NCBI GenBank assembly: GCA_034722055.1
Contig: JAYENL010000244.1
Coordinates: 1 to 24,518, forward strand
Source: Armatimonadota bacterium
GTDB lineage: Bacteria; Armatimonadota; Zipacnadia; Zipacnadales; UBA5352
Length of the DNA stretch: 24,518 nt
Reading direction: 5' to 3'
The notes beneath the pieces were generated by a model. It saw only the letters and a program-made list of their open reading frames with translations. It was not told the origin of the DNA and made no database searches. Each line of letters opens with the position of its first letter. The stretch's first letter is position 1. The position numbers and the translations under genes were made by a program. Of this stretch, positions 14,954 to 23,951 are shown one piece after another.

Positions 14954-17278
14954 TCAGCGTGTCCGCGGGCCGCGCAGCTCCACCGTCATGGGCTCCGGGC
15001 CCGGCTCGGCGATGAAGCGGATCGTCGGGCCGGAGTGCGCCGGGTCGGGCACCAGCGCGTAGGCCTCGTAGCTGAAGCCGGGCACCAGCCGCTGAACGCG
15101 GCAGCGGCCGGCATCGGCCCTCACCTCGTCGGAGAAGGTCAGGCCCGGTGGTGGGGTGGTGTTGCCCCACGGCGGATGAAAGTCGTTGCAGGCGAAGCTG
15201 ACGCGCGCCTCCTGTGGTGGCTCGCCGTCGGCGCCCTGGATCACGAACTCCACGGTGCACAGCGGCGCAAGCTCGAAGGTGGGCTCCAGGGGCAGGTCCG
15301 GATCGCAGGGCATGCCCCAGGCGCTCCCCCCGTCGGGCCCCACGGCCAGCACGCCAAGCTGCCCGTGCGCCCAGAGGCCGGTGAGCTCGAAGCGGCCGCG
15401 ATCGTCCGTGCTGTCCACCGCCATGTCGCCCTCGATGACCGATGTGCATCGCACGCTGGCGCCGCCCACGGGCTCACCCGCCGCGTCGATGACGGTCCCC
15501 CGCAGCGTGCGGCCGTCGGGGTTGAGCGTGAGGGCGGGCAGCTCCGTAACCTCGCCCGCCGCCACGCGGTACTCCTCGAACGGGTCCCAGCCCGGCCCCA
15601 CCAGCATCTGCCGGGCCTCGCCAAGCAGCCAGACGTTCAGCGGCTCGTCCGGGGGCAGCGGGCCGATGCGCAGGAGGCCGTCCTCATCGCTGCGCCACAG
15701 CAGCGGAATGCGGTAGCTCCGGTCCGCTGCCGCGGCCAGCGAGGCGCCGGCCGCGATGCCGGCCACGGGCTCCCCCTGCTGGTCGGCGGTCCGGGCCTGC
15801 AGCCATCCGCCACGCTGCAGCTCAACCACCATGTCCTGCTCAGGCGTCGCCGCACCCGCCCACACCAGGCCGCTGCCAGGCAGCCGCGTGAAGACCTGCA
15901 GGCGCGCGTCTGGCGACCACGCGCCCAGGCTGAGCTCGAAGCGACCGTCAGGGCCGGTGACCTCCGGATTCTCCGGCTCGAAGAACGGGAAGCGGTGCGC
16001 CATGGTCATCAGGAAGAGCTCGGCGCCGGGGATGGACTCTCCGTCGGGGCCCTGAACCACGCCGGCGAGGGTCGCGGCAGGCTGAAGCACGAAGACCAGA
16101 TCCGTGCGCGTCTCGCCATCCGATAGCGACAGGCTGTAATCGTGCGGCTCGGCGTTGGGATAGCCGGGGTAGTCGCGCTGGTAGTAGACCATGCTCCGGC
16201 CCGGCGGCAGGTGGAAACGCACCGTGCCCTGCTCACCCGCGGCGGCGGAGGAGAGGGTCAGGGAATCAGTCGGTCCCGCCCAGACCTGGGCGGCGATGTG
16301 CGCGCCCACGGCCGGCTCGCCGGTGTCCCCCAGCGTCACGGTGCCCTCCACGACCGCGCCGGGGATCAGCTCAACATCAACGCCCCTCACCGTCTGGGCC
16401 TCGGCGACGTCGATGCCGGTCAGGATGGGCGCCGTCCAATCGCCCGCCCGGCACACGCTGATGGTATACGTGGAGGCTGCGAGGCTGTCGAGGCGGTAGC
16501 GCCCGTCCTGGCCGCTGACGGCGTAGCCCCACGCGGCCAGACCCTGACCGCTCCTCCCGCTGGCATGGAGAGTCACGTCGGAGACCGGCTGGCCCTCGCG
16601 CAGCGCGCGGCCCTCGATCCGGCCCTCGGGCTGCATCCAGATCGACAGCATCTCAGGCGTGGCGTCGGCCGGGACGGTGCCGGAGCGGGCGTGCGCGAAG
16701 CCCTCGGCCTCTACCTGGAGGTTCACCTTCGCGTCGGGCGGCAGGTCGGGGATGGTGAAGATGCCCTGCTGGTCGGAGGTCACGCCCAGGGCCGAGGACG
16801 GGTGGTGGCTGAGCCACGCGTAGTTCGTCTCGGCCCGGCCGCCGCCGTAGATGCCTCGCAAGATGACGTCCGCGCCGGCGATGGGCTGGCCATTCGTGGT
16901 CACGACCGTGCCCGAGCAGGTCACGGTCTCACCGCCGAGGTGGATCTCGATGTCGTCCCCATCCCGGGCCCAGGCCCAGCCGAACGCGAGGCCCTGCTTG
17001 CGAGCGACGACCGAGTGCCTGCGCCACGGGGCCGCGTTCCACGGGACGGTGAGGCGGAAGCGCCCGTCGGGACCGGTGGGCGTCTCGGTCCAGCCCCGCC
17101 TGACGACGCCCGCCGCGTCAGGGTGGGCCATGCCCACCATGGCCTCAGCGACCGGCGCCCCGTCGGGGCCGATTGCGGTTCCGGTGATCGTCACGTCGGC
17201 GGCGCAGGCGGGTGTGGCTGCCAGGACGATGGCACCAATGAGAACGAGAACGCAAGACGCCCGCCCTGTCATGTGCAT
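14954..17278 (-). CDS. Secreted protein with multiple carboxypeptidase-regulatory-like (beta-sandwich) repeats
   Basis: Signal peptide. About 7-8 repeats of G-x-V-x3-G-x-P-V-x-G-A...T-x3-G-R-F (e.g. ITGTAIGPDGAPVAEA...TGPDGRF, LRGTVIDAAGEPVGGA...TDDRGRF). GGAGGT RBS. Confidence 0.85.
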   Translation of the reverse strand: MHMTGRASCVLVLIGAIVLAATPACAADVTITGTAIGPDGAPVAEAMVGMAHPDAAGVVRRGWTETPTGPDGRFRLTVPWNAAPWRRHSVVARKQGLAFGWAWARDGDDIEIHLGGETVTCSGTVVTTNGQPIAGADVILRGIYGGGRAETNYAWLSHHPSSALGVTSDQQGIFTIPDLPPDAKVNLQVEAEGFAHARSGTVPADATPEMLSIWMQPEGRIEGRALREGQPVSDVTLHASGRSGQGLAAWGYAVSGQDGRYRLDSLAASTYTISVCRAGDWTAPILTGIDVAEAQTVRGVDVELIPGAVVEGTVTLGDTGEPAVGAHIAAQVWAGPTDSLTLSSAAAGEQGTVRFHLPPGRSMVYYQRDYPGYPNAEPHDYSLSLSDGETRTDLVFVLQPAATLAGVVQGPDGESIPGAELFLMTMAHRFPFFEPENPEVTGPDGRFELSLGAWSPDARLQVFTRLPGSGLVWAGAATPEQDMVVELQRGGWLQARTADQQGEPVAGIAAGASLAAAADRSYRIPLLWRSDEDGLLRIGPLPPDEPLNVWLLGEARQMLVGPGWDPFEEYRVAAGEVTELPALTLNPDGRTLRGTVIDAAGEPVGGASVRCTSVIEGDMAVDSTDDRGRFELTGLWAHGQLGVLAVGPDGGSAWGMPCDPDLPLEPTFELAPLCTVEFVIQGADGEPPQEARVSFACNDFHPPWGNTTPPPGLTFSDEVRADAGRCRVQRLVPGFSYEAYALVPDPAHSGPTIRFIAEPGPEPMTVELRGPRTR

Positions 17279-17394
17279 GACAGCACCTCCGCTGGACGTG
17301 GTCCATCAGTCACGCAGTACGTGTGCGTGGAGCCCTCGTTTTCGTCTACGGGGAAGGCAATCTTCCGGCGTGAGAGCGGCGGAATCGCTGGGGG

Positions 17395-17967
17395 TCAGCG
17401 GCGCTCGGCGATGATCTCGCCGAGGCGGCGGAAGCCCTCCTTGATGCCCTCGCGCATCCGCTCCTGATGCAGGCCGGCGGCGGGGTGAATGAGGGGGACG
17501 AAGGTGAGGCCGTGGCGCTCCAATACCGTGCCGTTGAGCTTCATGACCGAGAGCGTGGCATCATCGAGGAGGGTCTTCAGCGCGGGGGCGCCGAGGGTGC
17601 AGATGAGGGTGGGCCGGATGCAGGCGATCTGGCCGTGAAGGAACTCCTGGCAGGCCTCCACCTCATCGGGATGGGGGTCCCGGTTCTCGGGCGGGCGGCA
17701 CTTGCAGATGTTGGTGATGTAGACGTCCTCGCGCGCGATGCCGTTGTTGCGCAGCAGGACGGTCAGGGCCTGTCCGGCAGGCCCCACGAAGGGCTCGCCC
17801 TGGATGTCCTCGTCGCGGCCGGGGGCCTCGCCGATGAACATGATCTCCGCGTCCGGAGGCCCCACGCCGGGCACCGCCTGCGTCCTCCCCTCCGAGAGAC
17901 GACAGCGCGTGCATCCCCGGATCTGTTGAGCGATCTCGTCAAGGAGCTCCGCGTAGTTCCAGGACAT
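17395..17967 (-). CDS. Uracil-DNA glycosylase, family 4 (Fe-S type)
   Basis: CTRCRL, FIGEAPG, GEPFVGPAG, ITNICKCRPPENR and HPAA motifs. ATG 17967 follows GGAGGT. Confidence 0.93.
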   Translation of the reverse strand: MSWNYAELLDEIAQQIRGCTRCRLSEGRTQAVPGVGPPDAEIMFIGEAPGRDEDIQGEPFVGPAGQALTVLLRNNGIAREDVYITNICKCRPPENRDPHPDEVEACQEFLHGQIACIRPTLICTLGAPALKTLLDDATLSVMKLNGTVLERHGLTFVPLIHPAAGLHQERMREGIKEGFRRLGEIIAERR

Positions 17968-17991
17968 GCGGTGACCTCCAGGGAACAACCA

Positions 17992-18016
17992 GGCGCGGCA
18001 CGGGTCCGCGCCCTAC
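17992..18016 (-). repeat. Solitary GTAG-footed REP-like palindrome
   Basis: GGCGCGGCACGGGTCCGCGCCCTAC is 24/25 identical to the copies at 56-80 and 231-255. Confidence 0.85.
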
Positions 18017-18024
18017 AACCGGCG

Positions 18025-18909
18025 CTACGCGTAGCCCAGCTCCTCGCAGACGGCACGGATGGTCTCAGTGTCCTGCTCGCTGGCAGGGACCACCGGCAGG
18101 CGCGTGCCGCCGACCGGGAAGCCGCATACCTCAAGCGCGCGCTTCACGCACGAGGGATTGCCCGAGGCCAGGAACAGGTTGGTGAACAGGGGCGTGAGCC
18201 GGTGGTGCAGCTCCCTGGCGCGGCCGGTGTCGCCGGCGTGGAAGGCCTCGATCATCTCGCCGATCTCCTCGGCGGCGATGTGCGAGGCCACCGAGATGAC
18301 GCCCACGCCGCCGACGCAGAGGATGGGCAGCGTCATGCCATCATCGCCGGACCACACCCGGAAGCCCTCCGGGGCCCCGGCGCAGATCTCGGCGATCTGG
18401 GCGATGTCCCCGCTGGCCTCCTTGCAGCCGACGATGTTGGGCACGTCCCGGGCGAGGCGCAGGACGGTGGCGGCCTCGATGTTCTTGCCGGTGCGGCCGG
18501 GGACGTTGTAGACGATGACGGGCAGGTCCGTGTTGCGGGCCACGGTGGCGAAGTGCTGGTAGAAGCCCTCCTGGGAGGGCTTGTTGTAGTAGGGTCCCAC
18601 CAGCATGATGGCGTCCACGCCGGTGTCGGCGGCCCTCTTCGTGAGGGCGATGGACGCGGTGGTGTTGTTAGAGCCGGTGCCGGCCATGACGGCCGCATCC
18701 TCACCCACCGCCTCCCGCACCACGCGGTACATCTGTAGCTTCTCGTCGGCGGTGGTGGTGGGGGACTCTCCGGTGGTGCCGGAGACGAGGATGTCCGAGC
18801 CGGCGCCGGCGAGTCGCCCGGCCAGCTCCGCCCCCCGATCGTAGTCCACCTGCAGGTCATCGTCGAAGGGAGTGACCATGGCGGTAATCAGGTTCCCGAG
18901 CTCGGGCAT
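18025..18909 (-). CDS. dapA: 4-hydroxy-tetrahydrodipicolinate synthase
   Basis: TAMVTPF, GTTGES, PYYNKP, YNVPGRTG, catalytic K in GCKEASG, and SGDD. ATG 18909 follows GAGGTGA. Confidence 0.96.
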   Translation of the reverse strand: MPELGNLITAMVTPFDDDLQVDYDRGAELAGRLAGAGSDILVSGTTGESPTTTADEKLQMYRVVREAVGEDAAVMAGTGSNNTTASIALTKRAADTGVDAIMLVGPYYNKPSQEGFYQHFATVARNTDLPVIVYNVPGRTGKNIEAATVLRLARDVPNIVGCKEASGDIAQIAEICAGAPEGFRVWSGDDGMTLPILCVGGVGVISVASHIAAEEIGEMIEAFHAGDTGRARELHHRLTPLFTNLFLASGNPSCVKRALEVCGFPVGGTRLPVVPASEQDTETIRAVCEELGYA

Positions 18910-18964
18910 CGCTCTCACCTCGTAGTGTGCTTGGTCCGGGTCCGGCACTGCGACGGATCGTCAG

Positions 18965-20002
18965 TCAGGCCAGCAGGCCGCGCTCGATGAGGCCCTCGGC
19001 GATCTGCACCGTGTTGGTGGCCGCGCCCTTGCGGAGGTTGTCGGAGACGCACCACAGGTTCAGGCCGTGCTCCACGGTGGGGTCCTCGCGCACGCGGCCC
19101 ACCAGCACCGCGTCCCTGTGCTGGTCCTCGAGGCAGTCGGCCTGCGACGGATACTGCAGGTTCTGGGGGTCGTCGATGACCGTGACCCCCGGCGACTGCG
19201 TGGGGTCACGGAGGATCTCCAGAGCCTGTTCGCGCCCCAGCGGCCGCTGAAGCTCCAGGTTGATGGACTCCGCGTGGCCGATGAGCACGGGCACGCGCGC
19301 GGTAGTGGCGGTGATGGGCAGGTCAGGCTCCGCCATGACCTTGCGCGTCTCGTGGACCATCTTCATCTCCTCTTTGGTGTAGCCCGACTCCAGGAAGCGG
19401 TCGATGTGCGGGAGGCAGTCGAAGACGATGGGCTTAGAGAAGATGTCGGGGTCGAACTGCACGGGCTCGCCGGCGGCATACTGCTGGACCTGCTGCTCGA
19501 ACTGTTCCATGGCCGCCTGCCCCCAGCCGGAGACGGACTGGTATGTGGAGACGACGATGCGCCTGATGCCGGCGGCGCGATGAAGGGGGGCGACGGCCAC
19601 CACCATCTGGATCGTGGAGCAGTTGGGGCTGCAGATGTGGCGGCTCTCGCCCACCGCCGCCTCCATGTTCACCTCCGGGACGATCAGCGGGTAACCTGGC
19701 TCCAGGCGGAAGTCGCTGCCGTTGTCGATGACCCAGGCGCCGGCCTCGGTCGCCACCTCCCCCCACTGCACGCCGGCCCCCTTGGCGCCCTCCCGGCCGG
19801 CGAAGAAGGCCACGTCGAGGCCGTCAAAGAGCTCCGGGGCCACCTCGCGAACCAGCACCTCCTCGCCCGCCAGCATCTCGGTGCGCTCCCTGGTGGCCAT
19901 GACCACTGGATGGCCCTCGACGGGGAAGCTGCGCTCCTTGAGCACGCGCAGGATCCTGTCCCCCACGGGGCCGACGCCGACGACTCCGACGCGAAAAGCC
20001 AT
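18965..20002 (-). CDS. asd: Aspartate-semialdehyde dehydrogenase
   Basis: PLIVPEVN, SPNCSTIQ, STYQSVSG, EEMKMVHETRK, RVPVLIGH and DNLRKGAA motifs. Confidence 0.96.
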   Translation of the reverse strand: MAFRVGVVGVGPVGDRILRVLKERSFPVEGHPVVMATRERTEMLAGEEVLVREVAPELFDGLDVAFFAGREGAKGAGVQWGEVATEAGAWVIDNGSDFRLEPGYPLIVPEVNMEAAVGESRHICSPNCSTIQMVVAVAPLHRAAGIRRIVVSTYQSVSGWGQAAMEQFEQQVQQYAAGEPVQFDPDIFSKPIVFDCLPHIDRFLESGYTKEEMKMVHETRKVMAEPDLPITATTARVPVLIGHAESINLELQRPLGREQALEILRDPTQSPGVTVIDDPQNLQYPSQADCLEDQHRDAVLVGRVREDPTVEHGLNLWCVSDNLRKGAATNTVQIAEGLIERGLLA

Positions 20003-20039
20003 GTGTTCGCACCTGTTCGAGCAAGCTTGAGGGTCCGTC

Positions 20040-20882
20040 TCAGTGTACCCGCGGGGGCCGCCCGCGAGGATAAGTGCTGACTAAGAGCTCCTCCAGGCCG
20101 CAGACGAGCCCGTCAAGATCGCGCACCTCGCGAATCGCCAGCAGCACTCCGGGCATGAAGCACTCTCGCCCGGTGGTGACGTGCTCGATGCGCAGGGTCT
20201 CGCCCGGGCCGCCGAGAATCACGGTCTGGTTGGCGACGACTCCGGACATCCTGATGGAGTGGATAGAGACGCCGCCATGCTCGCCGCCCCGCACGCCGCC
20301 CAGGCCGAAGTGCTCGGTCTGCTGGAACTCAAAGTCCTCGCCGCGCGTCTCGCGCATGCGCTCGGCGGTGGCCATGGCGGTTCCGGAGGGGGCGTCAAGC
20401 TTGTTCTCGTGGTGGGCCTCCATGATGGCGGCGTAGTCCATCAGCGGCGCGGCCTCGGCCGCGAACTTCATCATCAGGTTCGCGCCGATGCTGAAGTTGG
20501 GCGCAATCACCGCCGGCGTGCCGCACTGCTCGCACAGCTCGCACATCTCGTCGAGGAGGTGCTGGGTGAAGCCGGTGGTGCCCACCACGCAGGCCACGCT
20601 CTCGTGCAGCGCGGTGGGGATGTTGTGCATCAGCGCCGAGGGCTGGGTGAAGTCCACCATCACCTCAGGATCGAACTTCGCAATGCCCTCCTCGACCGTG
20701 GTGGCGATCTGGGCCCCGGGCGCCCCGGAGACCAGCTCCGAGAGGGGCGTCTCCGGGTAAGCCGGGTCCACGCCTCCGACCACCACCATGTCCCCGGCAT
20801 CCATCACTGCCGCGACGACCGTGCGCCCCATCCTGCCGCCGGCCCCCGAGACCATCACTCGTATCTGCGCCATGGCGCTCAC
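20040..20882 (-). CDS. dapB: 4-hydroxy-tetrahydrodipicolinate reductase
   Basis: GAGGRMG, VDFT, VVGTTG, APNFSIG and EAHHENKLDAPSGTA motifs. Start is GTG 20882 or ATG 20873. Confidence 0.95.
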   Translation of the reverse strand: MSAMAQIRVMVSGAGGRMGRTVVAAVMDAGDMVVVGGVDPAYPETPLSELVSGAPGAQIATTVEEGIAKFDPEVMVDFTQPSALMHNIPTALHESVACVVGTTGFTQHLLDEMCELCEQCGTPAVIAPNFSIGANLMMKFAAEAAPLMDYAAIMEAHHENKLDAPSGTAMATAERMRETRGEDFEFQQTEHFGLGGVRGGEHGGVSIHSIRMSGVVANQTVILGGPGETLRIEHVTTGRECFMPGVLLAIREVRDLDGLVCGLEELLVSTYPRGRPPRVH

Positions 20883-20923
20883 ACCTCACCTCAGATTCGC
20901 CCTCATCCCCCGTGCGGCCGGGC

Positions 20924-20952
20924 AAGATAGATGATTCTCCCCCGGACGGCAA
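20924..20952 (-). promoter_or_regulatory. Putative sigma70-type promoter for dapB-asd-dapA-udg
   Basis: On the - strand, TTGCCG (20947-20952), 17 nt, TATCTT (20924-20929). Confidence 0.5.
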
Positions 20953-21069
20953 GGTCCTTCCGGTGGCAAGCCTTTCGCGGGACCACGTTTGGAAGTGCAT
21001 CCACCTCCTCGACGCAGGGGCCTTGCTGTGACGGGCTGAGAGGCCCTGTCGCTGGTGCGTACACGGTCA

Positions 21070-21096
21070 GGCCGGGGTCACAGCTTGACCCCGGCC
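21070..21096 (-). terminator. GC-rich hairpin downstream of pnp (no U-tract)
   Basis: GGCCGGGGTCA-CAGCT-TGACCCCGGCC, a perfect 11-bp stem about 25 nt after the pnp stop. Confidence 0.6.
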
Positions 21097-21120
21097 GATA
21101 TCGGTCAGCAGGTGCGCGGC

Positions 21121-23370
21121 TCAGCTCTTCTTGTCGCGGAAGTACGCGCCGGAGGCGGGGCCCTCGGAGTCGCTGTTCTGAGGCTTCTCGCGCTGCTTGC
21201 TGTCCTGCTGCTTGCTCCTGGACTTGCCGCCGCGCTTGTCGCGGCTCTTCCCACCACCACCGCCGCCCTTGCGGCCGCCGTTGCCGCCGCCCCGGTCCAG
21301 AAGGGCCTTGCGGGAGAGGCGGATCTTGTCGTCGCTCTCCACCTCGGTGACCTTCACGGTGACCTCGTCGCCGAGGCTGAGCACGTCCTCAACCTTGTTG
21401 GTCCGCTGGTGCTCGATATCGGAGATGTGCAGCAGGCCGTCCCGGCCCGGCAGCACCTCTACGAAGGCGCCGAAGTCGGTGATGGTCACCACCTTGCCGG
21501 TGAAGACCTCGCCGACCTCGACCTCGCGGGTGAGGTCGTGGATCGCGGCCTTGACCTTCTCCACGTTCTCTGCGTTCTCGCCGAAGATCTTCACGACCCC
21601 GTCGTCCTCGACGTCGATGCTGACATCCAGCTCGGTCTCGAACTTGCGGATGGTCTTGCCGCCGGGGCCGATGACCAGACCGATCTTGTCCACGGGCACC
21701 TTGATGGCGACCATGCGGGGGGCGTAGGGCGAGAGGGTCTCGCGCGGCGCGGAGATGACCTCGTTCATGCGCTCCAGGATCTGCAGCCGGGCCTCGCGCG
21801 CCTGCTGCAACCCCTCGGCGAGCACGGCCTCAGGCAGGCCCTTGACCTTGATGTCCAGGTGCAGGCCGTTGACGCCGCTCTCGGTCCCGGTGACCTTGAA
21901 GTCCATGTCCCCGGCGGCGTCCTCGAGGCCCTGGATATCGGTGAGGAGGATGTAGTTGTCCTCGCTCTCATACAGCAGGCCCACGGAGATGCCCGCCACC
22001 TGGGTCTTGACCGGCACGCCCGCGTCCATCAGTGCCAGCGAGCTGGCGCAGGCGGAGGCCATGGAGCTGGAGCCGTTGCTCTCCAGCACCTCCGAGACCA
22101 CGCGGGTGGTGTAGGGCCACTGTTCCTCGGGCAGGAGCATCCGCTCCAGGGAGCGCTGCACCAGGGCGCCATGACCGATCTCCCGGCGGCTGGCGCCGCG
22201 CAACGCGCGCGTCTCGCCCACGCAGAAGGGCGGGAAGTTGTAGTGGTGCATGAAGCGGTGGTACTCCTCCTCCTCGAGGGTGCGGATCAGCTTCTGATCG
22301 CGCGTGGCCCCGAGGGTGACGGTGGAGAGCACCTGGGTCTCGCCGCGGGTGAACTGCCCCGAGCCGTGTGTGCGAGGCAGCAGGCCGGCCTTCACGTCCA
22401 GCGGCCGAATGTCCTTGGGGCCACGGCCGTCCACGCGCCGACGCTCCTCGAGCAGGATCTTGCGCATCTGCTGCTTCTGGACCTCGTACATGGCCTCCTG
22501 GACCTGCTGCGGGGCGTCCTCGAGGTCCTGGAACTTCTCGGCGATCTCCTCCGCGATCCGGTCGAGGTCCCGCTGGCGGCCCTCCTTGTCGGGCGACTGG
22601 ATGGCCTCCCGGATGTCCTCGGTGCGCTCCAGCACGGCGTCATTGACCTCCGGGGCCGGCTCCCACAGCGGATACTCCCGCTTGGGCTTGCCGGCCTTGT
22701 CACGCAGCTCTTCGATGGCCTCGCAGACTGGCAGGCAGGCGGCGTGGGCCATGCGGATGCCCTGCAGCACAATCTCCTCGGGAACCTCATCGCCGCCCAG
22801 CTCGACCTGCAGCACACCCATGGGGCCGGCGGCGACGGTGAGGTCCATGCGGCCCTCCTCGCGCTCCTCGAAGGAGGGGTTGAGGATCAGCTCGCCGTCC
22901 AGCCAGCCCACCTGGGCGCAGGCGAAGGGGCCCTCGAAGGGAGCCGGGGTCAGGTGCATGGCGGCGGCCGCGCCGGTCATGGCCACGATCTCCGCCGAGT
23001 TCTGATTCTCGGCCGACAGCGGGGTGCAGATGACCTGCACCTCGTTGCGCAGCCCAGAGGGCAGCAGGGGGCGGATGGGTCGGTCGATGGAGCGGGCGAC
23101 CTGCGTGGCGTCGCCCGACGGTTTCCCCTCGCGCTTGAAGAAGCCGCCGGGGATGCGGCCCACGGCGTACATCTTCTCCTCGAAGTCTATGCGCAGGGGA
23201 AGGAAGCCCACGTCGGGGTTGGGGTGGTCCTCGATGACCGCGGCGCAGAGCACGACGGTGTCACCGTAGATGGCGGTGACGGCGCCGGACGCCTGCCGGG
23301 CCCTCTCGCCGGTCTCAAGGATGAGCTCCCGACCGGCGAACGATGTGGATACGGATGTCTTGTCAAACAT
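21121..23370 (-). CDS. pnp: Polyribonucleotide nucleotidyltransferase (PNPase)
   Basis: GRIPGGFFKREG, HGSGQFTRGETQ, FMHHYNFPPF, RREIGHG, SNGSSSMAS, GDMDFKV, KH (VIGPGGKTI) and S1 (DFGAFVEV) domains. ATG 23370 follows AGGAGG. Confidence 0.97.
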   Translation of the reverse strand: MFDKTSVSTSFAGRELILETGERARQASGAVTAIYGDTVVLCAAVIEDHPNPDVGFLPLRIDFEEKMYAVGRIPGGFFKREGKPSGDATQVARSIDRPIRPLLPSGLRNEVQVICTPLSAENQNSAEIVAMTGAAAAMHLTPAPFEGPFACAQVGWLDGELILNPSFEEREEGRMDLTVAAGPMGVLQVELGGDEVPEEIVLQGIRMAHAACLPVCEAIEELRDKAGKPKREYPLWEPAPEVNDAVLERTEDIREAIQSPDKEGRQRDLDRIAEEIAEKFQDLEDAPQQVQEAMYEVQKQQMRKILLEERRRVDGRGPKDIRPLDVKAGLLPRTHGSGQFTRGETQVLSTVTLGATRDQKLIRTLEEEEYHRFMHHYNFPPFCVGETRALRGASRREIGHGALVQRSLERMLLPEEQWPYTTRVVSEVLESNGSSSMASACASSLALMDAGVPVKTQVAGISVGLLYESEDNYILLTDIQGLEDAAGDMDFKVTGTESGVNGLHLDIKVKGLPEAVLAEGLQQAREARLQILERMNEVISAPRETLSPYAPRMVAIKVPVDKIGLVIGPGGKTIRKFETELDVSIDVEDDGVVKIFGENAENVEKVKAAIHDLTREVEVGEVFTGKVVTITDFGAFVEVLPGRDGLLHISDIEHQRTNKVEDVLSLGDEVTVKVTEVESDDKIRLSRKALLDRGGGNGGRKGGGGGGKSRDKRGGKSRSKQQDSKQREKPQNSDSEGPASGAYFRDKKS

Positions 23371-23380
23371 GTACAGACTG

Positions 23381-23488
23381 AACCTCCTGAGGCGCACTAC
23401 CCCCTCAGGAGGCTCCAGGAAGACGCGAGGAAGCAGGGAAAACAGGCGCGCCGATGTCACCTGCTTTCCCTGATTCCCCTCGCTCCTG
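23381..23488 (-). promoter_or_regulatory. Structured pnp 5' leader: long RNase III-type hairpin plus an SD-sequestering hairpin
   Basis: Long imperfect stem at 23416-23488, and a 12-bp stem at 23381-23414 whose 3' arm on the mRNA contains the AGGAGG Shine-Dalgarno. Confidence 0.6.
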
Positions 23489-23555
23489 ACCCTCCGGAGG
23501 GTAGATGACCCTGGATTATGGCCGCTAATGCGGCCTCTTTCGAAACGACGGCCTA

Positions 23556-23584
23556 AGTGTACCTGAACCGCGTCACAATTGCAA
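23556..23584 (-). promoter_or_regulatory. Putative sigma70-type promoter for pnp
   Basis: On the - strand, TTGCAA (23579-23584), 17 nt, TACACT (23556-23561). Confidence 0.65.
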
Positions 23585-23600
23585 GGGCTTTCCGACCACC

Positions 23601-23876
23601 GGCAGCATCCAGATTCGTGTGCCCAGGGCGAGGGCCGGGGAGCGGACTGTCGGAATGCCGGTGGTAGAGGAGGGGCCGCCTGAGGCTCCAGCGTGGTTTG
23701 CTGGAGCCGAAGCCGGCCCGGCCCTTCGCCGTTTGGAGCAGCGCCTCGCGATGCTGTCTCGTGGGGTGCGCGGGCCGGCTTCGTCGCGCATAAACGGCAT
23801 ACGCTCCTCAGGCGGCCCCTCTGCGGGCATCGGCGGCGTCAGTACAGAGGACAAGCACAGGAATCTGGATGCTGCC
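23601..23876. mobile_element. 276-bp non-autonomous MITE (IS256-like ends) with 9-bp target-site duplication
   Basis: TIRs GGCAGCATCCAGATTCGTGTGC (23601-23622) and GCACAGGAATCTGGATGCTGCC (23855-23876) match at 21/22. Flanked exactly by CCGACCACC at 23592-23600 and 23877-23885. No transposase ORF. Confidence 0.85.
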
Positions 23877-23892
23877 CCGACCACCGGGGCGC

Positions 23893-23941
23893 GGATTCAG
23901 CGACAGCCGGGGCCAGTGCCCCGGTCGTCAGCGTCGGATCC
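23893..23941 (-). terminator. Hairpin downstream of rpsO (no U-tract)
   Basis: Core CCGGGGC-CAGT-GCCCCGG at 23907-23924, with imperfect extension outward. Confidence 0.45.
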
Positions 23942-23951
23942 TCTCCCGGCC

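Noticed and set aside
20883..21069. Lysine riboswitch ahead of dapB-asd-dapA
   Set aside because: The predicted promoter leaves a leader of only ~35 nt, and no L-box consensus is visible.
23772..23821. Hammerhead ribozyme (CUGAGGA-stem-GAA on the - strand, also at 9991-10037)
   Set aside because: The stem is followed by GACGAAG or CGAAG rather than an immediately adjacent GAAA, no stem III or cleavage triplet is evident, and other copies lack CUGANGA. Better explained as a REP-like element.
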